A stretch of DNA of 64,000 nucleotides from Mytilus californianus (taxonomy: Eukaryota), in the NCBI RefSeq assembly GCF_021869535.1, contig NW_026262581.1, positions 17,670,001 to 17,734,000 of the forward strand, given 5' to 3'. Of the stretch, positions 42,901 through 57,900 are shown one piece after another. How positions within the stretch are numbered: position 1 is the first letter of the stretch; each line of letters starts with the position of its first letter. The position numbers and the translations under genes were made by a program. Below the pieces are notes generated by a model. The model was not told where the DNA came from and searched no databases. It saw only the letters and a list, made by a program, of their open reading frames with translations.

Positions 42901-45900
42901 TACTATAAATTCAGAAATTATTGCGAGGTTTTTATTAACGTGAATAATGCCACTGGGATAGTATCGCAATAATTAGAACTCACATTATGATATCTGATAC
43001 ATACATCTATGTGCAAATTTTCATGAAATCTCGCATTTGTGTCCATTCTTCAAAAATCGCAATAATAAATGCACACATTAATTTCTGAATTTACAGTATT
43101 ATCAATTAGATTGCATGCAGGGCATTTGTGTAGTGCCACCAAACCTAGCTTTTAATATGAGGTTCTGTTTTGAACATTATAAAGCCTTCTTTGACATATT
43201 GCATTCATGCTGAAAAAATCTTCTTCCAGTTCTAATTCTTATATTAGTTAATATAATAAGAAGCAATCCTATCAGCTTTTATAAAATAAATCTAAATTGT
43301 TCTGAATGCCAATGTGGTTGTATCATATTTTTGCTGAGTACACCCAAGTGCATGCTGCATAAAAAGACTTCCTCTTAATTACTTATGATTGTTTTGTACA
43401 GTACCACTATCTTACCTGATCTAAACACTGCCCATGCTGTCTTAAGTGCTTTCTCCACATTGGCGATATCTGTTCTGAGTACTGGTAATGTAAAATCCAC
43501 ATGGAAAAGACTATTGTAGCTGTATAATCCTGGTCCAGGTGAAATTCTACCTGGTACATTAATGTCTTGTACTGGAACCTGGTCAGGATGAATCGCTTTT
43601 CCATCAACAGTCAGGTAATAGCTTAATTTGCTAACTTTCTTCTTAGACCTTAAAATATACAATATATTAAAAATTTAATGGATAAAAAAGAGCTCCTACT
43701 TTATTTCATTATACAAACAAAAGTAAAGATTTCATACAAATATTTTTACTGAAATATGTTCCATTTCTATTGCAGGAAATAACATACAAAAATTTCACAC
43801 TTGATTTCTAAGATTTTTGTCTGAAGTCTTCTGTAAATTAATTTTCCAAGATGAAATTAAATTCATTTAACTATTAAGATGCAAAGGGAATAACATTTCT
43901 GAGTACTTAGTAAACGTAATTGTCACAGCAAGAAAAACACAATAAAACAAAAGTAGGTATTTAGAGTTCACTGATACAACTTGACAAGTCACATGTGTAA
44001 TGTGCATTAACAGTAAAATGAAATGAAATACTTACAATGATTTGTACAAATACCAATCCTGACTTCCAATCATGACACTAACATTCAACTTGGAATCAGT
44101 AAATACTGGAAAAAATAGAAAAAAATAAAACAAATTTTAAATAAGAGAACAGAGTTCCAATGTCCCCAGCGTAGCACATATTTTATCTATCCAAGGTACA
44201 ATGGCAATAACTTAAAAAAAATCACTTTTTTTTTGTTCTTTAAAACTTTTTATAAATATCTTAAGAGAAGTGAAGTCTTCAGAGCAAATTTCTGTTATAA
44301 TTAATATTTCCAGGAGTAACTGGTTTAAAATATTTGATCAGCACTTGTTTTCGAAAATGTCAAAGACATTGCTGATATAAACCTATGATATAAGTTTTAT
44401 AAAATTCTGGCAAGATTTTTACACATGAGAGCGCTAACAATGCAATTTCCATATAATCAATATTTCTAAGGGCATAACTCTTTTAAACATAATTGGTCGG
44501 CACTGATTTTCAAACTAGTCAAAGACATTGCTAATATATACCTATGATATAAGATATAAGTTTCATAAAATTCTGGCAAGAATTGTACACATGAGAGCGC
44601 TAACAATGCAATTTCCATATAATTAAGGTTTCCAAGGGCCATAACTCTTTTAAAAATAATTGATTGGCACTGATTTTCGAGCTCGTCCAAGACATTGCTG
44701 ATACTTATTTCATAAAAATCTGGCAACAATTGTACACGCGAGAGCTCTAACATGACCGGACGGACGGGATAAGAGACAGTTGGACACTCGGTATTTCTAT
44801 GTCCCCCACAACGCGTTTTGCAGGGGAAAAAAAATTGATGCCCTAAAGAGATCAAGTTCAGAGTTCAAAAGTGAAAACATATGGATATTTATCTTTAAAG
44901 AAGTATCTTTTGTTGGATTTAATACTTATCTTACAGCAGCTAACTTTACATCATTAATCAATTTAATAATCTATTTACACAGTCCCTATTTTTTCAATGC
45001 CCATTTAAACCTTTAATACTTTTCTCTGCAAAGTTTTGCTACAAGGATTTGATAATAACTTTTACGGTCAGTTTTATAGTAACAATTTTTTTGTCAAATA
45101 TTTGTCTGATAGAATTCTATAAAAAAAATACAGAGAATTTTAGATATAAAAGTTTTAATAGCCAAAAAAACAATTTATCAGAACCCAATGTTATCAACTG
45201 ACCTTTTTCCTTCCAGGTTTTTTTTATATCATTTATGACTGAGGTAACTTCAGTTCTTTTAAGGGCTTTGCTGAGGTACACAGAGAAAGCAGTATCTAAT
45301 CTCTTGTAATGTGTCACTGTATGTACCACATACTTGGCATTGTTAACACCAGTAAAATTAATCATAGATTGTATCTGTGTTGTATTTACGTCCTTAGTTT
45401 CTCGAGAATCAACATAAGTTTTTTCTTTCTTGACGAATATGCTTAACATCATGTATTTCCTGCAAAATACATATTTCCACATAAAAAAGATTAAGATTAT
45501 ATATTGCACCTGGATGATATATATGTAAAGACGATATATTCATTATGATCAGTTCAAATTATAAGAAAAACAAGAATAGTGTTCATAGGATACCATGCGC
45601 CAACCACACATCACATTCCCATGTTCAGTGAACCACAATATCTGGGTCAAAACCCTATAATGGGCCTATATTTTAAGAAATTCACATTTGCTGAACATGT
45701 GAACTAAGCTTCAAGTTGATGAGACTACAACTTTATGGTTAACTGCCATTAAGTCAAACCTTTAACCTGATATGGGATAAAATACAGGAAAACTTAATGT
45801 TCATTACTACCAATGGTTGATAGCTATAATTGTAAAACTTAATGTTCATTACTACCAATGGTTGATAGCTATAATTGTAAAACTTAATGTTCACTACTAC

Positions 45901-48900
45901 CAATGGTTGATAGCTATAATTGTAAAACTTAATGTTCACTACTACCAATGGTTGATAGCTATAATTGTAAAACTTAATGTTCATTACTACCAATGGTTGA
46001 TAGCTATAATTGTAAAACTTAATGTTCACTACTACCAATGGTTGATAGCTATAATTGTAAAACTTAATGTTCATTACTACCAATGGTTGATATCTATAAT
46101 TGTAAAACTTAATGTTCACTACTACCAATGGTTGATAGCTATAATTGTAAAACTTAATGTTCATTACTACCAATGGTTGATAGCTATAATTGTAAAACTT
46201 AATGTTCATTACTACCAATGGTTGATAGCTATAATTGTAAAACTTAATGTTCACTACTACCAATGGTTGATAGCTATAATTGTAAAACTTAATGTTCATT
46301 ACTACCAATGGTTGATAGCTATAATTGTAAAACTTAATGTTCACTACTACCAATGGTTGATAGCTATAATTGTAAAACTTAATGTTCACTACTACCAATG
46401 GTTGATAGCTATAATTGTAAAACTTAATGTTCACTACTACCAATGGTTGATAGCTATAATTGTAAAACTTAATGCTCACTACTACCAATGGTGACGGCAA
46501 AAAAATAAAATAGTTATAATTGTAAAACTTAATGTCATTTAAAAATTTTATATCATTGATCAATTTATAATATTCCATTCTGTGGATCAATATCATTAAA
46601 TGAGAATTCACTTACTTGTTACCACTTAAAACTTGAGTTTGTTCAGGAATATCTACATGTACAACGATGTTATTACCTGAAATAAAAAGCCATTCACAAA
46701 TACTCTAGACTGAAAGAGATATGTAGATTCTCACATGGATCAGACTTTCTGTTTGTTAGAAATCAAGGTGCCATCCTGATCTTTACTTGTAATGTTGGGT
46801 TTCTGTTTCATTAATGTTCAATATTCAGTAAAAACAAAGATCTTGTAGTAATCATGTGTTTAGCAATGCATTTATATATATCTATAAAACAGCCCTTGAA
46901 TCAAAAGTATAATTTTATGTATTATTAATCAACAGAGTTAGTTTTGAAGTTACATCTAAACAGCATTTTTTTTCTACTAAGTTCTGTTACCTGTCAAATT
47001 AAGAGAACATTCAGTATCACCAAGTTATTGTTGATCTTAAGGTTTTTAAATTAGTTTTTTGACATTCAAATAATCAGTAATCAGGTATTAAAAGTAGTCA
47101 TCAAAAGATAAAAATAAAAGTACATGCAGTGACGGATTCAGAACTTTTTATAAGGGGGGGGACTGACTGCCATAAGAGGGGACCCGCTACAGTCATGCTT
47201 CAGTGATTCCCTATATAATCAACCAAATTTTTCCACAAAAGGTGTGCCCCCCCCCCCCCCCCCCCCCCTGGATCCGCCTATGGTACATGCATTCTTACCA
47301 ATGTTATTCGAAGACTTCCACCATTTCACAAGAACAGATTTCATTTTGTCTATGTCTTTTACTCTAACTTCTCTATTTATAAAGATCTTGTATCTCATTC
47401 TGCTATCCACAACATTGATTGGATGAAGAATGGTATAGTTATGACAACTGGCATCAGTAAAGTTCAAATGAAAGTCGGTTAACATAGATGTCACTGAAGG
47501 GTCAATAAGAGAGCCATCTTTTTTCAAATAATAATCAACTTTCCAAACTGTCTTCCTGTAAATGTAAAAATGTTCTTAAATGTTATAGTATGCATAGGAA
47601 TGGCCATTTAGGAAAAATAAAATTTTTAATAAATTGCAAAATTGACTTTATAATAAGAGATGAGTTGAACATTTCTATGTTGAATGGTAGAGCATTCTGG
47701 TGTTGACGGTAGTGCATTTTATGTTGATGGTAGAACATTTTAAGGTCGATGGAAGAACATTTTGGTGTTGATGGAAAATCATTTTAATGTTGATGTAAGA
47801 AATTCTGGTAGTCACAGCTGAATTCATAAGGAAGCCCTTAATTTCAACCAACTCATTGGCATCAAAAGCTGACAATGGATGAAATGTATTTTTATATAGA
47901 CAAGAGCAACACAAGTGGACAGTATTTTTTATTTCAATCTTACTTTGCTGCTATGTCAATATACTTGGTATATCTGTTAACTGTAACTTCTGTGTTGTTA
48001 TATGTCAAGGAACCTGTGGAATAATCCAAATATCAAAACATAAGACATTTTCTTATAATGTGAAAACGTCAAGTCAACTCTTGAAATGATAACAAATACA
48101 ATGAGTTTTTATCAGAAATAAAATTAATGTTGACTGTATTTGAATATAAGTTTCAAAATACTTATTATTGAAATAAATAATTGTGTTTCCATTATGATTA
48201 ACAAAGATGAGTAATTTTGTATTACACACAAATAAAAGAGTACCTTTCATTTTCTTTATCCAAGATGCTTTAATGTCTTGTTCAAACTTTGTTCTCTGTT
48301 TATATCCAATCTCTTTAGATAGATAAAATGAGAAAGCCAATTTTGTTCTGATTAGTTCTGATTCTGTCACATTGGCAACTTCATACTGTTCCTTTCTTTG
48401 ATTGACAATGCCCTTGACCTTTTGTTTCAAAATGTCAAGGTCAATTCCAGTATGTGTCATGGACTCCACCACTGTGTGGTTCTTTTTAAGGAAATACATC
48501 ACTCTCCAGTAAGATTTTCTGTAGAAAGTCACATGCAAATATTTGAATTAATAATATCTTCTCTTATATTTATCAAATTAGTCTATACTCTTATCTTATA
48601 GCTATAAAAACAGACAAACGTTTAAATAAGGTTAATAAATACTTAATGCCTATCAGAACTATTGAAGCTAAAATTGTCTTTTTCATAACTGCAAAATGTA
48701 TTTTTATGTCTGTGTAGATTAATATTTACTATCAAAACCAGGGCTTCCAAAAATATTTGAGCCAGCCGGCCATTTTCTTCAATCCTGTTTTTTTATCCCT
48801 TTAGACAGGTTACCCCATAACAAAAGATGGACATAACCATATGATAAAGCCATTAAACTATTAAAGGATGATAAACTCCATAGACTTCATACTTTTTCAG

Positions 48901-51900
48901 TTTTTATATAAATTCCATGTTTGACATTAACAATTACATTGAGATTGCATGGTCCAAATTGGCATATATCCACAGACTTAACAAAGTGTATTAGTCAGTC
49001 GAGGACCAGCTTAGTTGTTTGATAAACACGTTTTCCAATACCGGATATTTACTAGACGACGATAGAACGTGGAATGGAGACAGTTGTGCAAAATCCGTGT
49101 ATTTTTATCTAGCATTATTGAGTTTAAGCAGTTCTTTCCACGTTATTTCTTAGGGAAAATACTTGAGATGAACATAAGATAATGATATAAATGACATTTT
49201 TATCGTTTTGGCTGAATTTGGACGCATTATAACAGTCTTAATCTGTTTCGGTAAAAAGAAGTAAGATTTAAACCTGGAATGTTTTTAATTTTAATAAAAA
49301 AATAACTTCCAAAAAGATCGATTGATGTCCGGTACAAATAGTTTACCTGACACAGGTGATTACAGGTAAATCTCACCTGTTAGACACTTAATCAACCTTG
49401 ATTGTAATGAGAGGGGATTATAGAAGGGCTTGTTTATAGAGTACTGTCACTTCAAAATGGTTGATTTTTCTGAATTATATGAACGTTGAAATGGCAAACC
49501 CACGTAGGATGTCTGTTTCATGCTTGGCCCAGTCAGACAATGTCTGATAAATTTGACAGTTTTGGAAGCCTTGATCAAAACCCATTGTGTATGATTGATT
49601 GATTAAAGTTGTGTCAAGCGTCAAAATGAAAAAATGAAGTTGTAAGAAAACTATATTTTAAATTGTTTAGTAAAGCTGAGTTCTGTCAGTTTTATTGCAT
49701 AAACCTTTGTATTATAATATTAGAACTCTTTCACATTTTCATTCTATTTTAATCTTACTTTTGTTACACCTTCAAAAACACATAACTTCTGCTAATAAGG
49801 TACTTACCCATTCTTATCAACAAACTCTTCAATACTTTCTTTTGTTATATTGGCTATGGAAAGACAACCACATAAGGAATATTCTAAAAAAAACAAGTGA
49901 ATCTGTGAGCTACTGCTCACTTATGATAGCCCCACCCCGCTAAAAGTATAAGATAAACAGGAAGTAGTTGATTGATGAATCTGAAAATGTATCACACAGT
50001 ATAGCTGACTCATATAAACCCTGAAACCAAATTTCAGAAATCCTTGTAATGTAGTTCCTGAGAAAGATGCGTTGAAAAATATTCATGGGACGGAAGGACG
50101 GCCTGACTGATGGATGGACGGACAGACAGAGGTAAAACAGTATACCCCCACTTTTTTAAAGCAGGGGTATAATAAAAACATAGCGTAACTATGTAAGTAG
50201 ACTTATGAGGAATTATCAACATCACTTAATAAAGCTGTTCTATAAAATTCAAGATGGTACAAATCAATTGATAGTAATAGTTAGATATTTGACTTGACTA
50301 AAAGCATTTTCAATAGTTACTATGAATTTAGGTCGAGCCTGACAACCTCATTAGTAATTATTTCAACAAGATATTCATCTGCATAACTGAAGGCAATAAT
50401 TATTTCCAAAAATATCTATAATAAACTGCTGACACAGAAATATGTCCGGTCTGGTTAAACTTTAACAATTGTTGACACTGCCAACGCCGGAAATAGCATG
50501 ACTACTTCTGTCGCCGAAGAAAGAAGTGAAAACTTCATTTTAACTTTCCTACCAATTGCCTGTTTCATTGATTCTGACACAATATGTAATGAATCTATAA
50601 GATTGTTCCAATCGAAGATATATATTGTACCTTTGCTAGATGAATTCCAAGTTTCTAACAGTGCAGTCTGTATAGCTGTGAGAGATGTTTCCGACACTTT
50701 ACCAGTGAAGAAGATCGAGAACCTATTTCTGTAGTTATATATCAAGGATCTATCAGTCTTAACAATCTGGTATTTTTGTTCACGTGGTCCAGTGATGTTT
50801 AACCTGGATATCAAGTTGTCAATATCCAGACCAGGTACAGAGGTTGCTGGTACATACTGTCCATTCACCTTTACAAAATATACAAGCTTCCATACTCTTT
50901 TCCTGCAAAAGTCACATTGGTCAACATTAACATTATACATAAATACTTGACCAATGATACAGTTTTTGGATGATCTATTACTCTAATAGAATCATATAGC
51001 AGTTTACAAACTTTCCATCAATCACTGAATTGTACTGATAACTTTCCTACGTCTGTTTTTCAAAACATTTTTGTATAAAAAAGTACAGTAAGTGAAATCA
51101 AAGTACATTCAACTACCATGGTCTACTATTAAAATATGTTAAATTCTGATCATATTATTTGCTACAGCATTTCCAGATATCACAATAATCAATCTTGCAT
51201 CTTGTCCATTGATCACTAACTGCAACTAATTTATTAATTTTATACAGAATAACTAAAAGTAAAATGTTGAAAGCAAAGCAGCTCAAAATCAACTATTTAT
51301 TTTCTTTGTAGTGTTAATGATGCTGAGTAGGTATAAGTACTTTGCATTCAAAAATATATATTGGAAGTACTGTAAAACTACTTATTTTCATTGATACTTC
51401 ATTTTGCGTTAAGCCCTTTCTAGACGACTTCAGAGCAATTTTTTTCACGATTTTTTTATTTTCTTGCTGAATTATTGTTTTTATTATTTTCTTGGAAAAA
51501 TCAAAGTTTTACATAATCAAGACTTTTTATATTCATGCTATTTTTTTATTGCGAAAGGGGTGAAAATTTATCACTTGCGAGCATTAGTTGGCTTACAGTG
51601 TTATGTGTTTTTCGTAAAGATAATACTACTATAAAGGAAGGAACATGAGTGGAAAAGTAGTATACAAATTCTGAAATACTGTAAATTTATTGAGAGCACT
51701 ATATTACTGAGAATCAAATTTTGTAAAAAAATATATACAAATAATATATACCCTGTAGATGTTATATATTCTTCCTGCCTTTTAACTTCTACTGATACAT
51801 TTGTTACCGTTTGTTCTGTGACAGTCTTGTTTACCACAAATACTGAAAAAAAAATTAAATACTCATAAAAGAAAATGGCATATGTGAATATGAAAGGTAT

Positions 51901-54900
51901 ACATGCAATATAAAACATCTTCTTTTTTTCCCTTATATGTACATAAAATGGAGAGTTGTCTCATTGGCACTCATACCACATCTTCTTATATCTACATAAA
52001 GATTCCCAATAAGAAAACAACAAACACCATCATAAACACTGTCTGATATTAGTGAATGCAACATAACAAAATCCTTTAAATTGTAGAAAGCTTATCTATT
52101 ATTGGTATATGATCAAAAAATGTTTAGCAAAAAGATTCTTACCTTTACAAGTAGTTGCTTTTAGCTCTGCCTGTATGGTATTCAGGGCATCAAAATTGCC
52201 CACAGTGAATACATTTTTGTCATCAGAGGCAATAACTTTCAACTCATTTTCTTTAATTCCTTTACCAATACCAATAGCAAACACTTGAATGCCAGCCTGA
52301 TGAAGTTTACTTGCTTCCACTTTGGTTTTATTAAAATCCCTTGATTTGCCATCAGTCATGACTATAACAACGTTAGCTGCATTATCACGATCACCCGCAG
52401 ATTTTGTAAATGAATGATTACCCACATATTGCAATGCAAGATCAGTGAAGGTACCACCAGAGTTATATGAAATTTTTCTAATAGCTGCTACTAAATCCAT
52501 CTTTAACAAGTGCTGATTCATATTAAACTTGTTAAAAACAGTTTTAGAGAATGTGGTTACGCCAATCTGAATATTGTCAGGTCCAATTGTAAAAGATTCT
52601 GCAAATTTTGCTACAAAATCTTTCTGTTTCTCAAAATTTGCACTTCCAACACTTCCTGATGCATCTAAAAGAAACTGTATATCTGCTGGAACCTCATTAC
52701 AAACTGAAACAAATACAATTTCATTCGTAAATACAAATGTTGATATTTTAGACAAGTCATTAGCTGATTTCATTATTATTTTTTGTAACATTTAAAACGT
52801 TTAACAAACAAATATTATTTGACTTAATTATAAAGGCTAAAGTTTAAAACAACACAACAGTTTTGCAAAGGGTTTGTAGTTGAGTATTGAAACATGACGA
52901 AACACCATTTAATATTTATGGTACATCAACAGAACCATATTTAAGTGTGATTTTGTAAACGATAGATGTAAACTCTTCAAAAAATATAGTTATATGCTGT
53001 AATTTATGTACAGACATTTTGCCATAGTGAATTCAGGTATTTCTATGAAGTGGTAAATCTTCATGGAAATTAAATTTCAATATTTTTAGGGCCCAGCGTG
53101 TTTGCAAGGATTACTTTTTCACATTTTTATTGTCCCAGATTCTGATTGCCCTTTAAAATCAAATATATGAGAAGAGATTGCACAACAGTGCAATTTAAAT
53201 ATTTTATTTTCTGAAATAGTGAAAGTATGCATTTGTAATCCACATTATAATACATATAGTAACTTTGTATGTGATATTTAGACATCTTATTATTTTTTTT
53301 TTAAATCTGCACTCTGCATAAGCTTTATAAAATTAATGGATACAAAATAGGTTTTGAATTCACCTGTTTTTTCTTCAATTAAATGCAATTTTTCCTCCAC
53401 CATTTGTTTCAGCAACAAACTAATTTTCTTGGTAGCATCTGTTCCAAATCTATGATTGACAATCACAGAAGACGTCCATTGATATGGTAAAAATGAATTG
53501 TCAACCTGATCTACTTTGTTTAGCACTCTATAGATTCCTCTTGGTCCTGTGACACCATGGAAAACTGTGGTGTTTAATCTGACAGATGTCCTGGAATCTA
53601 CAACTTTTCCTTCTTTCTTCACAAAGTAGACTAATCTCCACACAGAATGTCTGCAAAAAACAGAGTAATTTTCTTTACAAATTTAAAATCTCAGTGAAAT
53701 ATGGAAAAATATAAAAAATAATCAAAATCAATGAATGTTTCGTATGAGGTGCTGACCAAGTGTTGTTACTTTGTAGCTGATCCATCATCCAAGATTGCCG
53801 CCAGAGGGGGACTTCGTTTAACATAGGACCCTATGGACAATACATACAAATGTCTTCTTTTTAGAGAACAACTGAATGGAATGAAACCAAACATGGCATG
53901 AATGTTCCTTATGAGGTGCTGACCAAGTGTTGTTACTTTGCAGCCGATCCATCATCCAAGATGGCCGCCAGCAGGGGACTTAGTTTAACAAAGGACCCTA
54001 TGGGAAAAACATACAAATGTCTTCTTTTAGTGAACCACTGAATGGAATGAAACCAAAAATCGCATAAATGTTCCTATGAGGTGCTGACCAAGTGTTGTTA
54101 CTTTGTAGCCGATCCATCATCCAAGATGGCCGCCAGCGGGGGACTTAGTTTAACATAGGACCCTATGGGAAAAACATACAAATGTCTTCTTTTAAGAGAA
54201 CCACTGAATGGAATGAAACCAAACATGGCATGAATGTTACTATTGAGGTGCTGACCAAGTGGTGCTACTTTGTAGCAAATCATTCAACCAAGATGGCTGC
54301 CAACAAGGGACTTAGTTTAACAAAGGACCCTATGGGAAATATATACAAATGTCTTCTTCTAGAAAACCGCTTAATGGATTGAAACCAAACGTGGTATGAA
54401 TGTTTCTTTTGAGGTGCTGACCAAGTGTTGTTACTTTGTAGCTGATTTGTCATTGTCCTTATAAAGTCATTTTCTACAATTTCAATGAATTTATTGGTAA
54501 TTTCTGTAAACTTTACAAAAGTCTTCTGCTTTTTATGAAATTACAGGGCCAAATATTAAACCAAATTTGGCCTCAATCATTATTAGGGTATCTGTTAATA
54601 TAAAAACTATGTTTGGTTTCATTCCATTCAGTGGTTCTATAGAAGAAGTTAATAAAATGCTCCGCAGGGCGCAGCTTGATACGACCGCAGAGGTCGAACC
54701 CTGAAAAGTTGGGGCAAGTATGGACACAACATTCAAGCTTGATACAGCTCTGAATTTGGATTGTGATTAAATATTTGACACAGCATAGGTTTCTGACACA
54801 GAATGAATGTGGTCTAAGAACTTAAAAATTTTAAATTGGACATTCACCTATTATGGTCTAATATCCAAAATCTAAATACATGGTTAGATTCAGCATATCA

Positions 54901-57900
54901 AAGAACCCCAAGAATTCAATTTTTGATGAAATCAAACAAAGTTTACTTTTGGACCCTTTTGACCTCAATGTGGACAAAGTTGATAACGGGGCCCAAAAAT
55001 CAAAAATCTAAATACATGGTTAAATTCAGCATATCAAAGAACCCCATATATTCAATTTTTGTTGAAATCAAACAAAGTTTAATTTTGGATCCCGATTTGG
55101 ACCAACTTGAAAACTGGGCCCATAATCAAAAATCTAAATACATGTTTAGATTCAGCATATCAAAGAACCCTAAAAATTCAATTTTTGTTAAAATCAAACT
55201 AAGTTTAATTTTGGACCCTTTGGACCTTAATGTAGACCAATTTGAAAACGGAACCAAAAATTAAGAATCTAAATACACGGTTAGATTCGGCATATCAAAG
55301 AACCCCAATAATTCAATTTTTGATGAAATCAAACAAAGTTAAATTTTGGACCCTTTGGACCTCAATGTGGACCAATTTAAAAACGGGGCCCAAAATCCAA
55401 AAACTTAATACACGGTTAGATTCAGCATATTAAAGAACCCCAAGAATTCAAGAATAAAACCCCACTGAAATTGATCAAGAAATAAGCAATTTATACGAAG
55501 TATCTTCTTTTGCACAATACTGTGCAATTGAATATTTCTTGCTATTGCGCAATACTGTACAATTGACAATTTCTTGTTACTGCGCAATATTGTGCTATTG
55601 GATATTTCTTGCTATTGCGCAATACTGTGCAATTGAAGATTTCTTGCTATTGCGCAATACTGTGCAATTGAAGATTTCTTGCTATTGTGCAATACTGTGC
55701 AATTGAAAATTTCTTGCTATTGCACAATACTTATTATATAATAATTTACACATCCTGTTTGGTGTGTATCTCCTACCATATCATTATTATTTGCTTTTAA
55801 ATATTAATCAGAAATAACCAACTTAAAATGGAAAATTTTAAAAGAAAAAAAAAAGGAAAAAAAGAAAAAAAAAGTTAAAAAAAATCCCCCCCCCCCAAAT
55901 TTTTTGAACCCCCTTATGATTCATCACCCCCAAACTCAATCCCAGCCTTCCCTTTGTGGTATGGTACCTTGCAGTACAATTTCAGAGAGTTCCATACACT
56001 TGAACACAAGTTATTGTCTGGAATCTAGAAAAATGCTTATTTTTGGACCCTTTTTGACCCCCAATTCCTAAACGTTTCCGGCAATTACCCCCAAACTCAA
56101 TTCCAGCTTTCCCTTTGTGATATGAAACCTTGTAGTACAATTTCAGAAATATCCAAACACTTACACACAAGTTATTGTCATGAAACTAGAAAAATGCTTG
56201 TTTTTTGCCCCTTTTTTGGCCCCTAATTCCTAAAATTTTGAGGCAATTACCCCCAAAATCAATTACAGCCTTTCCTTTGTGATATGGAACCTTGTGGTAC
56301 AATGTCAGAGAGATCCATACACTTACACACAAGTTATTGTCTGGAAGTTACAAAAATGCTTATTTTTGGCCCCTAATTCCTTAACTGTTGGTACCATAAC
56401 CCCCAAAATCAATCCCAACCTTCCTTTCGTGGTATTGAACCTTATGGTTAAATTTCATGGAGATCCATTCACTTAAACTAAAGTTAGAGTGCGAAAACCA
56501 ATATGTCTTCGGACGACGACGACGCCAACGTCATACCAATATACGACCAAAAAATTTTTAATTTTTGCGGTCGTATAAAAATATAAAAAGTTCACGACAA
56601 TGGCGGATGACCGACGACGGACGCCTAGTGGTGAGAAAAGCTCACTTGGCCCTTTGGGCCAGGTGAGCTAAAAAAGGGCTTCTGTTCAAGTTTCCTAAGA
56701 TTCTATTACAAGAAAAATACAGAAAAACAAAGAAAAATACTTTCAAAATTTTTCTCTGGATATTGTCTTTTGATTATGAAAAAGCCTTTTTCCAAGTTTC
56801 ATAAAATTCCATGAAGATTGACATAGTAATTGGCGTCTACAAAAACCTTATCCACAGACTAAATAAACCTTAATGTTAACAACTCAAGACAATGGAATTG
56901 AGGATCACTTATTGCATTCTGTCTCACTTCACAATTTTTGTTGCTGACAAGACTAAAAAGACAAGAAATATATTGTGGGTCCAGTTTGGTCTAGGGCTAG
57001 TAATACTCCTCCCTCAATTTCCGTTTAAAATATTTAAACAACAGTCCTTTCTAAATTTTCTTTTACAAACCATAACTGCTCATGTTCTCAAGTATTAGAA
57101 GGCCTCTTTTTCATACTACATTTATAAGTTATATAATCTCTAAAATGTCTTACCCATCAACTTTATCAACCAGTTCTTCTTGTGTCATATGGTCAATATT
57201 AACATTCATTCCTGAAATTTATACAGATTATACATCATATCAATCAGATTTCTTTTCTAACCTTAGCTTTGTTAATGTACTCAGCCGACTATGCAGTATG
57301 GGTTTTGCTCATTGTTGAAGGCTGTACAGCGACCTATAGTTGTTAATATCTATGTCATCTGTCTAACTGGCAATCATGCCACATCTTATTTTCATATCTT
57401 ATTCACTTAAAAGTTTTATTTCTGTATTTAATCATGAAATGGAGCTGTCATACATCAAAACTAATACTCTCTCATCTTAATCTTATTTTTATTTAAATCA
57501 TCAAAAGGTTATCTGCAGTTTTTGGATACCTAGCTGACCCTTTTGCAAAGAAATGGTTTTTTTTTTGCATATTATCACAAAATCTAATACTATTTCATAG
57601 AGAGTACAGAAAATGAAATTAAGATGTGAATTATTATATACTATCATTATAAATATTGTTATTTAAATAAAATCTATTTATTAATGCAAAACTTATTAGA
57701 GTAGTTTGTGTGTAAAATGAAGGTCAAGGGGGTTGAATTCTTATGTAGACCTTTGTCACTAAACCTGATGCATCATCTGACAAAAGACCCTTCCTCTATA
57801 ATTTGAAGTTGCTTATATATCTTGACCTTAACACAGTACTTTACTTAAGCCATTCATGGGTAAAATGAAGCTCAAGGTGACTTAATTTTAGTATAGACCT

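Noticed and set aside
45754-46611. 285-aa and 225-aa repetitive ORFs on opposite strands; CRISPR-like look
   Set aside because: Both are translations of the 45-bp minisatellite, with no splice links or non-repeat coding context; there are no unique spacers or cas genes, and the DNA is eukaryotic.
47219-47298. Poly-Gly tail of ORF 47219..47527 and poly-Pro ORF 47244..47426
   Set aside because: They come from the C-run of a MITE in the intron beyond the E15 donor.
52099-52791. vWA ORF as a stand-alone 230-aa gene
   Set aside because: Its ends run into intron sequence; canonical splice sites at 52703 and 52143 place it in frame within the large gene.
54836-55433. 142-aa and 63-aa ORFs
   Set aside because: Chance ORFs in tandem subunits of a non-autonomous repeat.
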